A program made the translations under genes and the position numbers. A stretch of 64,000 nt of DNA from Microbotryum violaceum. Its lineage: Eukaryota. The stretch spans positions 248,001-312,000 of the forward strand of contig CDLV01000020.1 of the NCBI GenBank assembly GCA_001244265.2, in the 5' to 3' direction. The notes beneath the pieces were generated by a model. The model ran no database searches. It saw only the letters and a list, made by a program, of their open reading frames with translations, and was not told where the DNA came from. Every line of letters begins with the position of its first letter. Position 1 is the stretch's first letter. Positions 50,301 through 63,015 of the stretch are shown here, piece by piece.

Positions 50301-52487
50301 AAGAACGCCATCTTGTGTTATCTCGCCGCCGGCAAGCTCGAGAAGGTCGTCGGGATCTGGGTGCAGCAGATGGAGGAAGACGAGCAAGCGTCGCGAGCTC
50401 AGAACGGCGCTCATGGTGGAGCGCAACGGTACGAGGCCCACGCTAAGGCCCTATCGGCTTTCGTCGAAAAGGTTTCGGTCTTCCAACAGGCCGTCGATTA
50501 CGTCGATACGGACTTGCACGTCCAATCGGCCGAACCGGGCAGGAGGGTGTACAAGCTCGCCGAGTTGTACGAGCGTTACGTCGAATACGCCGAATTGCTC
50601 GCCGCGCAGGGTCTGTCGCACATCGCGCTCAAATACATTCTGCAGGTTCCGCATGATTTCCAGGGCTCGACCGATGCGAGTGGTCCGTCGTTGACGCGCG
50701 ATCGGTTGCTTCGAGCGTCGGGGAATCAATCGGCCGGAGGTGCGTTTGGCTCGAGCCAGCGCATTGTTGCTGGGGCCGCGCCTGTTGCGTCGACCTCTTA
50801 CGGCGCGAGCAACAACGCCTACGGGACCTCTAGCTACAGCAACTACGGACAGCCGGCCTATGCCCAGCAGCAGTCGTCGGGCTACGCACCCGCTCAGTCG
50901 TCGTACGGGGCACCGCCTCCACAGAAAAACGCGTATGGCACCTCTCAGCGCTCGGCGTACGCACCTGCAGGTGGGAGCACCTCGTCCTACAACAACGCAC
51001 TCGACGATCCTTACGGCTCGGGAGGTGGACATCCGACCAACGCCTATGGCGCTCCGTCGCAACCGTTCAACCCGTATGGTCAGCCTCAACCCGCCGCACC
51101 GATGTCGGACCCGTACGCTCCTCAGCAGGGCAGTGGGTTCGTTCCTCCTACTCCCGCTCTGCGAGAGCAATCGCCCAACTTTGCCGCGACCGCTGTGTCC
51201 TCGATTGCGCCTCCACCTCGCTCCAAGCCCGACGTTGGATGGAACGATGCTCCTCAGGTGCAGCGTAAAGCTACGCCAGCGGCAGCGACTTCGGCTGCGC
51301 CGCCTCCCAAGGCTGCACCCATCACTTCTCCGTTCCCCAACATGTCGCCCGCACAAGGAGCAGGTGGCCGACCTCCACCTGCGTTCGGTGGTGCCGCAGG
51401 AGCCGGAGGATTCGTCGTTCCACCCCCACCCCCGAGCCGTGGTAGCAACCGCACACCTGCTCCGGTCCCTCCCCCTCCGCAAGTAGGTCAACGATTCGCT
51501 AACGCGCCTCCTGTGCCCCAACCTACGGCCGCTCCGTCACAGTACGCGCCTCCGCCGCCCCAGACGCTACAGCCGCAGCAACAGGCGAGCCCGAGCCCTT
51601 CACCTTACGCTCCTCCGCCGGCCCCTCAGGGTCAACGATTCGCTCCTCCGCCACCGCCCCAGGGTGGAGCAGGCGCTCGTCCCGCTCCTCCTGCGGGATT
51701 CCCTGCCCCTCCTGCAGGATTCCCTGCCCCTCCCGCCGGTTACCGAGGTCCTCCTCCCAACGACGGCGAGTTCCGACCTTCTTCGGCTGCAGGTCGAGGC
51801 CGACCTTTCCCGCCGGGTCAAGGACCGCGAGGCCCAACTCCGAACGGGAACGGACCTGCTCCGCCGAACCCCTATGCGCCTCCCCCAAATGGGCAGCCGC
51901 CTTCGGGACCTTACGCACCTCCTGCGGGTGCACAGAACGGGCCTCCTCGACCTAGAGGCTTCCCAGGTCCGCCGCAAGGGTACCAGCCGCAGGGTGGTCC
52001 GGCACCCCCACCTCCGTCACAGACTCCGACCCCTGCGCCCCCGCCTGGTCGCCCTGGACCCCCCAAGCCCAAATACCGTTAGTTTGACGCGAGGTATCCA
52101 ATGCTGATCATTGATTGAGGTACTGACGAGTGCGTGCTCCGCTCCACAGCCCCTGGTGACACCACGCACATTCCGGCCGAGTCCAAGCCGATCTACACCT
52201 GCCTCAACGCCCAGCTCACGGGGATGCGCAACTTGCCCCCTGGTCCGCCGCAGCAACGCAAGATGGTCGAAGATACGGCCAAGCGTCTGTCGATGCTCTT
52301 TGACGCGCTCAACTGCGAGACGCTCTCGGTCGCGACGCGGGACCGGCTGCTCGAGATTTGCCGCGCGATCGACGCGAAGAACAAGGCGCAGGCGCTCGAC
52401 TTGCACTTGCAGATGTTGACGAGTGGGGCCAACGATCTCGCGGCGTGGCAAGCGGCGGTCAAGTTGATCATTTCAAGGTTGCCGTGA
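47328..52487 (+). CDS. SEC31: COPII outer-coat protein Sec31 (WD40, ACE1, proline-rich, C-terminal domain), multi-exon
   Basis: ATGTVSGALDASFS, RFNRLAW, HKGPVRGLDFN, VVWDLKSKREV, APKWLRRPASVAFGFGGKLV, GWNDAP, KPKY|PGDTTHIP, KRLSMLFDALN. Confidence 0.96.
47797..47814. repeat. (AC)9 microsatellite in SEC31 intron 1
   Basis: acacacacacacacacac. Confidence 0.9.
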
Positions 52488-53669
52488 TGGATTGCTCTTG
52501 TTGAGGGGTACGAGCTCGTGTTTTTGGATACGTTAGGGGGGGGGAGGGGGGGGGGGGGGGTTGGTGCATAAAATCCTCCGTATTGCTTCTTCATGTTCAA
52601 TCTTTCTTTCTTTTCCGCCTTTTTCCCTGTGCTTTTGTTTCTCTTTGTCTCTGCTGCTATGGGTATCTTAAACTCTTCTCTACTTGCATTCCCTTGCCTT
52701 CGGAATAAACTCCGGGACGGGCGGGTTCGATGCCGAAATGGAGAAGTTGATAATGACCCAATTGCAGAGATCGGATCCGCTAATAATAGATGACGGTTGC
52801 CCCGCGTGATCGTGAATCGTGACCTGAAGGGTCGTCGGGTGCGATTGTGTCTACGTACCATAGGCGCAGAAAAGACGTGTTTCACGACATGACACATTCT
52901 TCGTGGGATGGGAGGGACGAAGGTGGTTCAAGTGGTCAGCTCCGAGAGTCTTTAACCGGTAAGCACCCGTGGTTCAAGTTGCGACCCTCTGTGAACGAGG
53001 CCTCGGAATTGCTGCCGTCCTGACCCCGGATTTGTATTCTTGCACGCAGTTCCTCGTTCCCAGAATACACCCGAGATGACGCATGAATCATTTGTTTTCG
53101 ATCCGACGTTGCATACCCCAGGCGCCGAGTCATCGTCATCATCGGCATGGACCATCGGGCGCAATGACTTCGCCATCTACGGTCACTTTCCAGCCCCTGA
53201 ACTTCAGGAGGCACCACAGCCGGGCCCGCCGACAATTACTGACGACGGCGAGTTACAGGGACTTCCATCTGCGAAGAAAGAAGAAAAAAGAGCTTATGCC
53301 ATGCCTCACCCATCAATCACAGTACAAGAGACGTTGGGTTTGGCTGGACCTGGGCCTGTTCTGGCAAGTGAGACTGAACGCGCGCGCCCGGCGGCGACTC
53401 GCCCTGCCCGCAAGAGCCCCGCAAGTGACAGCGAGTGCCTGAGCGCCGCTTAGTCGCTGACACTGGTTGAGAAGCCATATTACTTCGCTGATCTTTCGTC
53501 TTTGGAGCGCCACCATTTGCTAATTGCCGAGTCGACAACTGACTTCGCTCGGCGTTCGGCGTCGGTGTTGGACCTACCACACTTCCGGGTTCGGCTCGCG
53601 GGCAGGCACGAGTCGTTGATTGATCGAAGGGGTCTCAGGTGGGCGTGACCTGGCAAGGTCTCTGCGACG

Positions 53670-56600
53670 ATGACGGTGATCGACGATTCGTCAATTCCCT
53701 CCAGGACGGCCGCCGATCTCACTCCCGCTGCGATGCTCACACCGATGGACTCGGAGGAGGTCCAAATCCAACTAATGGCACTCGACTCTCCGGCCGTCAT
53801 GTCGAGTGCTGAGCCAGTCCCGCCACATCAACCGTTTGCCGTCTCCGAGTCGCCGGAACAGACTGCCGACGATGGTCCGCTGACCGCGAAGCCACCGATC
53901 ACAGCCGAGGTGGATCGTACGGAAGAGAGACGGAATATAAGTTTCTACCACCACCACGACGAGCCGATCTAACAAGAACAACAACCCCACCCCCATCCGG
54001 ATCGACAGAGGATGCCTCGTCGTCCGTTCCGACCGCAGCGATGACCACTCCACCACCCGGCCCGAGGCCCGTTCCGACAAAATTGCCCTCTCAGCTCTCC
54101 AGCGTCAGGGAGCATCGCCACGGTTTGTTTGGCAAGTTCAAGAGTCTCGTCAAAAAGAGCCGAAGCCTCGATACCGTGGATGTCGTCGCACAGGGTCCGC
54201 TCTCAGTGCGAGACCGCGAGGCGAATCGACGATCGTCAGTCCCCGTTCAAACGGGCCACTTCCCTCATCCTCCTTTGGCCAAGTCGAACCAGGAACACGT
54301 GCAAAAGATCGAGAAGAACGAAGGCGGACCAGATGTTCTCACCCGGCGATCAATCAAAGTTCGGATCGTCACCTTCAACATGCACGATTCGTTGCCTTCG
54401 AGCGACGGCGACTTGAAGGATTTTCTCGGAGTAGACGCCGCCAGTCCACGAGTCCGGCCGCCGTCATTTGGGTCGCATCGGTTGTCTGGTTCCTCGCATG
54501 GAGCGATTCTGGAGAAAAGGATGTTCAAGTCGAATAGTCGAGTGATCGTCTCCCCTGCGGCTGGCTCGATGATGGAAGTTCCCGCAACCGAACACATCCC
54601 TGTCCTGAAGCTTACGCCAGAGCAACCATACCACGTCATCGTCGTCTGTGGGCAAGAGTGTCCGACAGCAGCGAGAGTGCGGGCTCCGGAAGCCAAGCGA
54701 TGGACATCGGTGTTGGAAGAGTGGTTGTGTGGACGGCCCGCGCTCGGAAGCGGCGACGACAAGGAGTCGCGTCCGCACTCCCACGCAAGTTCCCATCTCC
54801 ATTCGAATTCGGTTTCGCACTCCCACGATCCTTTCGAGCCCCCTCTGGACTACGATGAACCACGAACAGGCTCGGTACTTGCTGCCTCCACCGCCGCGAA
54901 CGACGAGCACCCCGCGGAAGCCCATGATCACGTCTCCCCTACCCATGTGATGCAAAGGTTCAAGATGGGTCGTGGCCCTTATGTGCTCGTCGAAAAGGAA
55001 CGGCTACTCGGTATATACTGCGCCGTGTTCGTCGCTCGATCATGCGACGAGCTCGTGAAAGGAACTTCACGCGGTCGAGTGACGGCGGGACTGATGGGTG
55101 GTCGTTTGGGCAACAAAGGGGGTGTCGGCGTCAGTCTTTGGTTGGGATCGTCGAAGCTGCTCTTCATCAGCGCTCATTTGGCCGCCCATGCGAATGGTAA
55201 CTTGTTGAGGAAGGCGAACGCGCAGAAAATCTTGGACGAGTTGGTCATTGATGATTTTGCGGGTGGGGGAGCGAAAGCGGGAGATCTGATGACTCGCTTC
55301 GATCAGGTTTTCTTCGTTGGCGATCTCAAGTTAGTCGCCGTGGTTTCAATAAAAGGGCCGTGGCCTGTCTACTCTGGTACTGATATTCTTCTACACCCAG
55401 CTTCCGACTCAATGTATCACGCCTTCACGCAGATTGGATCGTCCGAAGCAAGGATTATGTCACGGCCTTGCAGTTTGACCAATTGCGGGACGTTCTTGCC
55501 GATGAGAATGGGGTGTTCAAAGGGTTCAAGGAGGGCGATATCACTTTTGCTCCGACTTGTAAGTTATTTACGGCTCTAGTTTACACCTTGTTGTGGAACA
55601 TGTCTAATCATGCTTGATGCGCTCGCGTTGCTCTTCGGGAAGACAAATATGACGTACCCAAGATCCGACGAAGGGGTAGTTTGGCCGTACTGCGCAGTCC
55701 CAAAGCAAATAACAACGTGCCGCTGCGCAAGCCCCGAGAATGGACGGCACTCGAACTCGCGGATGAGGATACAGGAGCCGGAGCCATTAACGATCCCAAG
55801 GTACTACAAACGACACGGGAGAAGAACGACATTACGGGCGGTGGGGATGAGCTTCGCTCTTGGAGGTCGTCAAAAGGATCCGTCAGCTCGGCGATGAGCG
55901 ACGATGAAAAGCACGACCGCGAAGAGCTGAGCGCGGTAGGGCTGCCGAGCGCACCGAGCCAAGGCAACGATACGACTATGGAATACATGTGCAAGGCCCA
56001 GATCAAAGTCTTGGCCCGTGGGCGAAGTGAGAGTGCTGGGCCGGCCATGGTCAAGGAAAGGAAGGGCAGCGCACTACGCGAAGCGTTCAACGTCTCACTG
56101 TCCACATCGAAACGCAAGTTGACGATCGGGGCGTTGACGGGTGCCCCTTTTGCGGTGCGACCGATCCTGCGCTCGGCCCAGTCCGACTTGACGATCCCTT
56201 TGTCTCGATCGCCCGGTCGAACTGGTACGGTGACTCCCGCCGAGTCGCCTGCCGTCAGTGACAGCGAGGATGAAGGCGAGGCATCGCAGCATGGCTCGCC
56301 GGAGCCCGTGTTTGACTCGAGCTCCAAGCAGAGGGTGCAGAGTTACACGGGTGCGTCCCTTCTCGTCCGGCTATCCCCTTCGAGGTACTGCATGCTGATC
56401 TGATCGCCTCAAATAGATCGCATTCTCTTTCACACGTCCGTGGTCGATGATGAGCGGCCGACTCCAGAGCCAGAACCCGCGCAGTCCGACGTCAAACCAC
56501 GAGAAGGAAATTTCGTTGGCCATTTCAAGGATATGGTCGTAGGCCCGCGGTCCCAATCCCGATCCCAGCACGACATTGCCACCCCAGCGCGACGAAGTGG

Positions 56601-57647
56601 CCCCGGCGCCAGCTTCTTCGAAATGCCATCGACGCAAGATTCCAAGGATAAACTTAACCGGTGGAAGTCGAACACGAAGGACTGTTGGAACAAAGTGAGG
56701 ACCCAAGACGAGCACGCGCCGTACAACCCCTTCTTGTCGGATTGGTTCATGCGTCGACGCGAGTCAAGCGTCGGGACGGCGGTCGCCGAAGCTTATCCAG
56801 AGGACGAAAGAACATTGAATAAGCACACGACTGTTAGTGGAGCATCACCTCCACTCGTGGTTGTCCATGCGCACAATCCACTGAAGCATGTTCGAACACG
56901 GGACGCTCGTCCCGAGAGTTCTGCCGCGGAGGCCAAGACTACACATCCGGCATCGCATACGAGTGCTTCTGCGCCTGCTGCAACAGGAAATTCGGGAGGA
57001 TCGGGGACGAACTTGAAGATTCCAAGTCTGAAGCTCGAGATACCGTCTGGAGGATTTCACCACCCGAACCATCCGGCTTCGGTCGCAAGTCGACCTTCGG
57101 CGCTGTTCTCACCCGTGCCGGCTTTTGCTACGTTCAACCCTTTCCGACCACGCCCCTCACCCAACAGCTCTTCGGGAGGTTCTCGCAACAGTGCCTCAGA
57201 TCCTTGTCGAGTATCAGCAGTCGCCATGCGGGGCGGTTCGGCTCACCGCTGACAACGCCTTCGGTCGAGAGTCCGGGAGGTGATAAGGACCACCCTCGTC
57301 GCCACCACCTCCTTTCGAGCAGATCTGCGAGCACCCCGGTGGGTACGACCCCGATCCCGACAACGTACACGCGCTTCAAGTCCTTTTTCCAGATGTCGTC
57401 CTTCTTCCACCCTCTGACCCCGTCGATGGATGCCTACGTCGAACCGCCGCGGCCGCCACCACCACCACCCAAGATCGTCGGACCGCGCAAAGGACAGATC
57501 CAAGTGCTCGAATATGAGGCGGTCACAGATCTGCACAAGATGGGGGCATTTTCGGATCATCGACCGGTGTATCTCGTTGCTGCGATCGGGTTGGGTGGGG
57601 AACCGGTAGCGGTGTCGGATTTGAATGGGACGGTGGAGACGAATTAG
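53670..57647 (+). CDS. Inositol polyphosphate 5-phosphatase family protein with large low-complexity insertions; two apparent frame breaks
   Basis: VRIVTFNM, VCGQEC, LGNKGGVGV, FISAHLAAH, FFVGDLN|FRL, EGDITFAPT|YKYD, SYT|DRILF, FSDHRPV; start uncertain. Confidence 0.85.
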
Positions 57648-58703
57648 GAGAGGACGCTGTGAGTGAGCGCGGTAATTGATTGGGTTCTCTACACATATGT
57701 ATATACAGGTGTTCATATTGGATATGGTGTTGTATGCGATTAAATCCATCAAGTTTGCTTGTGAGAGTGCGGGTGGAGCTCATGTCCTTTTGGGCGACGC
57801 GAAATTGGAGAGGCGGGGGCCGAGACCAACGAGCGCGCCGAGCGAGTCGAAGGGCGAGTGCGGTGTGAATCACTCCCGCTTGCTAGAACCAACTACTTTC
57901 GTTCGCAACATCCCCTGTTGCCTGCTCGAATTCAGAAGTTTTACTTTCCCGCCCGCCTTCCCCGGCATGGCTGTGGTCCTTGCGTGACGGCTTTTATCGT
58001 CCGGGTCGAGCCCTTCCATGGTTGGACGGCGCGTGAGCGACACGATGAGCGCAGAAGCGGAGACGCAAGTGAATAGGCGGCTGTAAGCTTGACGCCCCTC
58101 CCTTTGGGAGGGGCTTGTGAGTTATCGGCGCGCTTGGCCCAGTTGCCCTCCGAAATTCTGGGCCTGAAAAGTGCCCCCTTGCTGTAGCATGGCATATATT
58201 GGTGCTATCTGAAAACTGTAGGGACAAGTATTTACCTCATCATTATTGATGAGGCTTCACCCAAGCTTGAATTCTAGGAACGCTTGATCATCTCGCTACA
58301 GCAGCTTGAATCAACTGATTCCGAACGAGACGCAGGTCGGCGCACGGACCAGTCGTAGTCCGGTCCGCGTCGAAGGCTGCATAGATCCAAGTCACTTAAA
58401 AGCCCGGCCGCGCCTCACGCATCCTCTCTCTCCTCCACTCAACATCGCACCTGCCCTCACGATGAGCCATGTCGGTACAAACACCCAGGCCGGTAAGGGG
58501 ACCGCCCCGTCGACATCCATCAATTGAGTTCAGGGCGTCTCCCTTGCGATCAGCTTCAAGGGCCAGTCCTACGACCCCAGCACCGAATCATTCAACCAAA
58601 CCGACAACCGTTCTCGGTCACTGGAGGCCACGTTTGACTCACGAGGACCGACGAGATTCCAGCGAATGATGCAAGAAGGTCAAAGTTATTCTGGGCGAAA
58701 GTC

Positions 58704-59391
58704 TTGACGACTCGGAGGACGTACCCCCGGCCCGTGCAGATCGAGGCCATTGCTGTACTTTTCAAACTCGACCAATTTGGGAACCGGGATCGATATGACG
58801 CTGTGTTTGTCACAGCGCCAACAAGTTCAGGCAAAAGTGTTATTTTCGAAGCAATGTATCTCATTTATGGACGCCGGGCCGTCAGCATTGTTGTCAGTCC
58901 ACTAAATGCACTGAGCAATCATCCGGTGAGTTTTTCTGCCGACTGGGCTTGCTGGACCGACATCCGTGCTGATTTCCGCAGTCACATGCTTCTTTCAGGC
59001 CGGTAATCTCAATCGAAAGGGAAAGAAAGCGGTTGTGGTATCTGAGGAGACCTGGAGAGACGGCGAGCTGTACAGGCAGTTGGACGACCCCAATCACACG
59101 ATCTCCTTCATTCTGATCGTATGTGCCGGTTGACCTCCTGTTTGAGTGAAGTACACATGTGTTGATTTGCCTTCCTGTTTGCTGCGTGTCAAGTCTCCTG
59201 AAATGCATATCAACAATGCAGATGGGGCAAAGTTGATCTTTAAGGAGTTCTTTCGAGAGCGCGTCAAGTTGCCCGTCTATGACGAGGACAGGGGGTGGTG
59301 TGCATTGAGGACCGTGAAGACTGAGGCCAAGATGAAGAACCAGTCGAGCAAGCGCTCGATATATCTAAACTTTGAGCCCGGTTGTAAATGA
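58704..59391 (+). pseudogene. RecQ-like superfamily 2 helicase N-terminal remnant inside the AcademH-like element
   Basis: PRPVQIEAI (Q motif), DAVFVTAPTSSGKS (Walker A), SIVVSPLNAL (motif Ia), SPE; truncated. Confidence 0.8.
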
Positions 59392-59399
59392 CGAGTCGG

Positions 59400-60548
59400 A
59401 TTGGGGAGTTGGGAGGAGATGCTGGAGATTACTAGCGGTAAAGATGCTTGATGTGCAGAGTAGGCTCGAAGGTTGTAAGCGCCGGCAATATCTCCGTTCT
59501 GAATGTGGGCGTAACCAAAAGTTCCATGAAGCAGCTCGGTTCGTCGATCCAATTGCTGATCGTTGACGTGATGTGTGACGTCAACGTTGTCAACGTTGTC
59601 AACGGTCACACGGAAGTACTTGTTCGAGCCAATCTCCTTCAATTCGCCTTCGTCAAGCTCGCAGCTGCCTGGAGAGTCGCCCAGCGAGATGTCAGTCGTC
59701 AAGCCGCAATCGTAGAGAAATGTTGTCAATCGGTCGTTCGCTCCACATGCAAGAGTCATGAGACCGTTGCGATGCTGCGTGGCGCTGTTCTTTCGGTTGC
59801 AAGCGACTGCGATCTGACCCATGACACTGCGGTAAAGCTGCGGTAAAGCTACGGCCAGCGTGTTGATTTTTGGTGTCAGTTCGCTGCGATACCCAGCCGA
59901 GCTAGGGTCAGAAACACTCACGCTTCATCTCGTTAATGATGATTGAGTCGGCCTGCAGGCGAATAAGGCAAGTATCCAGTAGCTTTATTGAATCCGGAGA
60001 ATCAATCCGAGAAGTACGAAGTGTTGTCCACCTGCGATCCAGTCATTGATTGAGTCGGCTTCAAGTTCTTGACTCTGCGCCATCCTCGCGTGCAAGTCAT
60101 AGAATGAGAACATGTACACACTTAAGGCTGGACCAGTTGCTGTTGAACAGCTTTGGTCGGTGTGTTTGAACGCCTTCAAATTGTGTGGATGGGCTGAAGT
60201 ATCACGACAGGTATTGACATAGCGAGAGATCGCGGCTACAAAATTCAGCAAATACGGATCCGTCTCGCGGCGGTTGTTCTGGCAAGTTGCTGAGGTATGG
60301 TGTCTGCTTGTTCGCGTTATTTTTGGTTTCAGATATTGTTGCGCTTGACGTGGCCGACGATCTTCGTGAAAAGAGGAGAACAGCGAAGCGTACGCAAGGG
60401 GATCAAGCCGAACGGAGCAGGCTCGCCGATGATGAGAGCGACAATTACACGATGCGCTCGGACCATCTGCCAGTGAGGCCCGATCGACCGAAATCGCAGA
60501 CTTCGGATCGCTGTAGCTCCACCCACAGCTCATGAAAGCTCTCGCCAC
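59400..60548 (-). pseudogene. Academ-type (DUF6589-like) transposase N-terminal remnant
   Basis: RKNSATQHRNGLMTLACGANDRLTTFLYDCGLT and VTVDNVD...HHVNDQQLDRRTELLHGTFGY resemble the N-terminal part of this family; family assigned from memory, not by search. Confidence 0.6.
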
Positions 60549-63015
60549 TTGGGGTATGTCATTTTTAGAGCATAAAGAGAAATAGTAGCCCTCAGTTTTG
60601 CAGGAATGCGCCTAGTTGCCAAATCACAGAGAACCACCCCAAATGGCCCTGAAATTTCGGAGGGCAACTGGGCCAAGCGCGCCGATAACTCTTTTTTTTT
60701 TTTTTTTTGTAAGCCCCTCCCAGAGGGAGGGCTTAGTTGAGCTTAAGGCGGCTGCATAATGATCTGTGCGAACGCCCGCACGTGCGATGAGAAAGCGGTG
60801 CTGCTCCGGCGCGTGCTGTCGCGCCTGAGTCATCGAACTCGACGACGACGGGCTCCGAATGCTGGCCTCGACGAACAAGGTCGACGATGTTTTCGGAAGT
60901 TTTGTCGTCTCGGACAAGCTTTTTCAACCCCGCGCCCACGACTCCGAGTCTGAGCTCGGCGACGTTCGAGATATCGAGATCTGGCAGAAGCTCATCCAAC
61001 GCCGAAACCGCGCTGGTCTCACCACCTCCGCGTTCCATGGCACCGCACGACACGCGCCTGTCGACCCCATCTCGATCACCCCGATCACCTCGACCTCGCC
61101 TAACCCTGCGGCTGAGTACGCTGTGACCCTCTCATGGGCGGAACAGTCCCTCCTCGACGATGTTATCGCACTACGTCGCAAGATGCACGCCGCGTCGGGT
61201 GCCGACAGCGAGGGACTAAGCCTTAGCGCCGGCATCTACCGGGGCGGCTTGCGCACGCTTCCGGCCTTCTTCGGCGAGGATGAAAGCTTCGATGGTATCA
61301 ATCCCCGGGCACTCGAGCTGGTCTTCCATCAACAGTGTTATTGGCCCCTCAACACGGCGACCACGACCAAGGAACTCGCCCAGGCCGTACTTGGAGTCGT
61401 CAAAGGTGAGCACAAGGATCAACTGGGCGGCCTTTCGTTTGCGCTCCCTAGCCGACACGCCCATCCCCATGACAATGCAGGACACCGAAAACTCTACAAG
61501 CTGGGTTATATCCACCGGGATATCTCGTACGATAACGTCGTTATCGACCGCGACGGTGTCGGCACCCTCATCGATTATCACCTCGCCGTCCCGCATGATC
61601 GATTTTACAACGAGCTTCACCACAGAATACGATTCGTGCGTCCTCCCCTCTGTATGTTTCCCCGAATGAAGTTTTTGACAAGCACTAACGTTTGGACTAT
61701 ACGACGTCTCACAGGGCACCTGGCCCTACCTCGCCTGCTCGATCCTCGCCCAGCCACAACAGCCGCTCGGTGTCGTCCACGAACGGTGGCACGACATCGA
61801 GTCGCTCTTTTATGTCGTGATGGAAATCGCGTTTCGCGAGCCGTACAAGGGCAACGATGAAGTCCTCGTGATGACGCCAAAGGGTGAAACCATCTGGCGC
61901 CACTGGAACAGCCCAGAAGCGCACGTAGTCTATGCCCTCAAATATATGCTTCGCATGGACATGGCATACGAACCTGCACTCGAAGGCTGCGCTCATCGAT
62001 TCACAGGCATCCAGCTACTCCTTGACATCATGAGACGCAATTGTGGCTTCGATAGCCGGTTCCTTGGTCTCAAGGGGCGATGGAAGAAGCCCAACTGGGG
62101 TAGTTGTGGGGTCCATCCAGGGCGATGTCGCACGAGTCCATCATCTCGGACATTGAGCAGCTGCTCCCTTGCTCTGAAGTGACGAATTTTGCGTTGGGCT
62201 TGGGATATTGTTGCTCGTTGTGTTTTCAGATTACTGCAATAGATACCCAGGTTATTTTCTGTCCTTTCGAGTGTAATTCCAGGATGAACAAAGGACTGCG
62301 CCAGAGCGGTGCCTTCATCCGGCTTGACTGCGCAGACTGTCTGGCCAAAGTCGTAAGCTGGGAAGACCCTTTCATCATTCATGTGTTATTCATAGGGTCA
62401 TGAAAATGTACTAGGTTTAGTGTCATGTCCCAATTATCAAAACGCGTAGCCTTGTACCAACTAAATGAAACCCAAAGCCCTGCATCAAAAGTCCTATCTT
62501 TGATCTCACTGGCCCTGCAGAGGGCCGAGCCAACCTATTAGGTCAAGTGTGAACACAGTGAGTTTGAAGAATCGCGGTGCTCGAAAGAGACCGTATCATC
62601 ATCCACTATTAGGTTCAACTGAAGAGTTGCTTTCCCACCCGCCTCCGCGGTTTGACCTTCCCCTTCCCTTCAAGTGGCTTGCGCTGCGCCGCCGGTTTCT
62701 TCGCGGGCCACTGCAGGGCCGTGTCGTGGGGCAATTCGCCCTCGAGGCCAAACCAAAGCCCATTTATTATTCACCATTCATGTTCATCAACAGAGATCGG
62801 CACATATGTCGTCCAGTCAGAGACTGCTCGTTGTTAGTAGTTGGAGGACACGAGACGCGAGTCGACGAGCGACAATAAATATTAGCGCCTGGAAAGGCCT
62901 GGAACTGACTTGAACTTGGGGGATCGGTGCCGGGTCGAGGTTGGTCGGCTTCGCAACTCGCGCACCTCTCCAAGCCGAGTTGAAGACGACCCGACAGGCG
63001 AGAGGCGACGCAAGA

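Larger units (their letters stand above)
58084..60745. mobile_element. AcademH-like DNA transposon, internally deleted (2662 bp)
   Basis: ~80-bp TIRs (TAAGCT...GAGTTATCGGCGCGCTTGGCCCAGTTGCCCTCCGAAAT), TA...TA ends, perfect 9-bp TSD AGGCGGCTG at 58075-58083 and 60746-60754; convergent helicase and transposase remnants. Confidence 0.88.
58037..62178 (+). pseudogene. FunK1-type kinase copy 2, 5'-truncated and split by the AcademH-like insertion (58037-58083 + 60755-62178)
   Basis: Colinear with 7261-8806 including introns; GYIHRDISYDNV, GTLIDYH, HERWHDIESLFYV; internal deletion, 3' frameshift and TAG; shared 3' flank to ~62290. Confidence 0.9.

Noticed and set aside
16845-51521. Long antisense ORFs (e.g. 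16845-17825, 29725-30654, 33934-34785, 50451-51521)
   Set aside because: Shadow frames expected opposite GC-rich coding sequence; no motifs
58704-59391. Host RecQ/SGS1 gene
   Set aside because: Truncated and enclosed by TIRs and a TSD, so transposon-encoded
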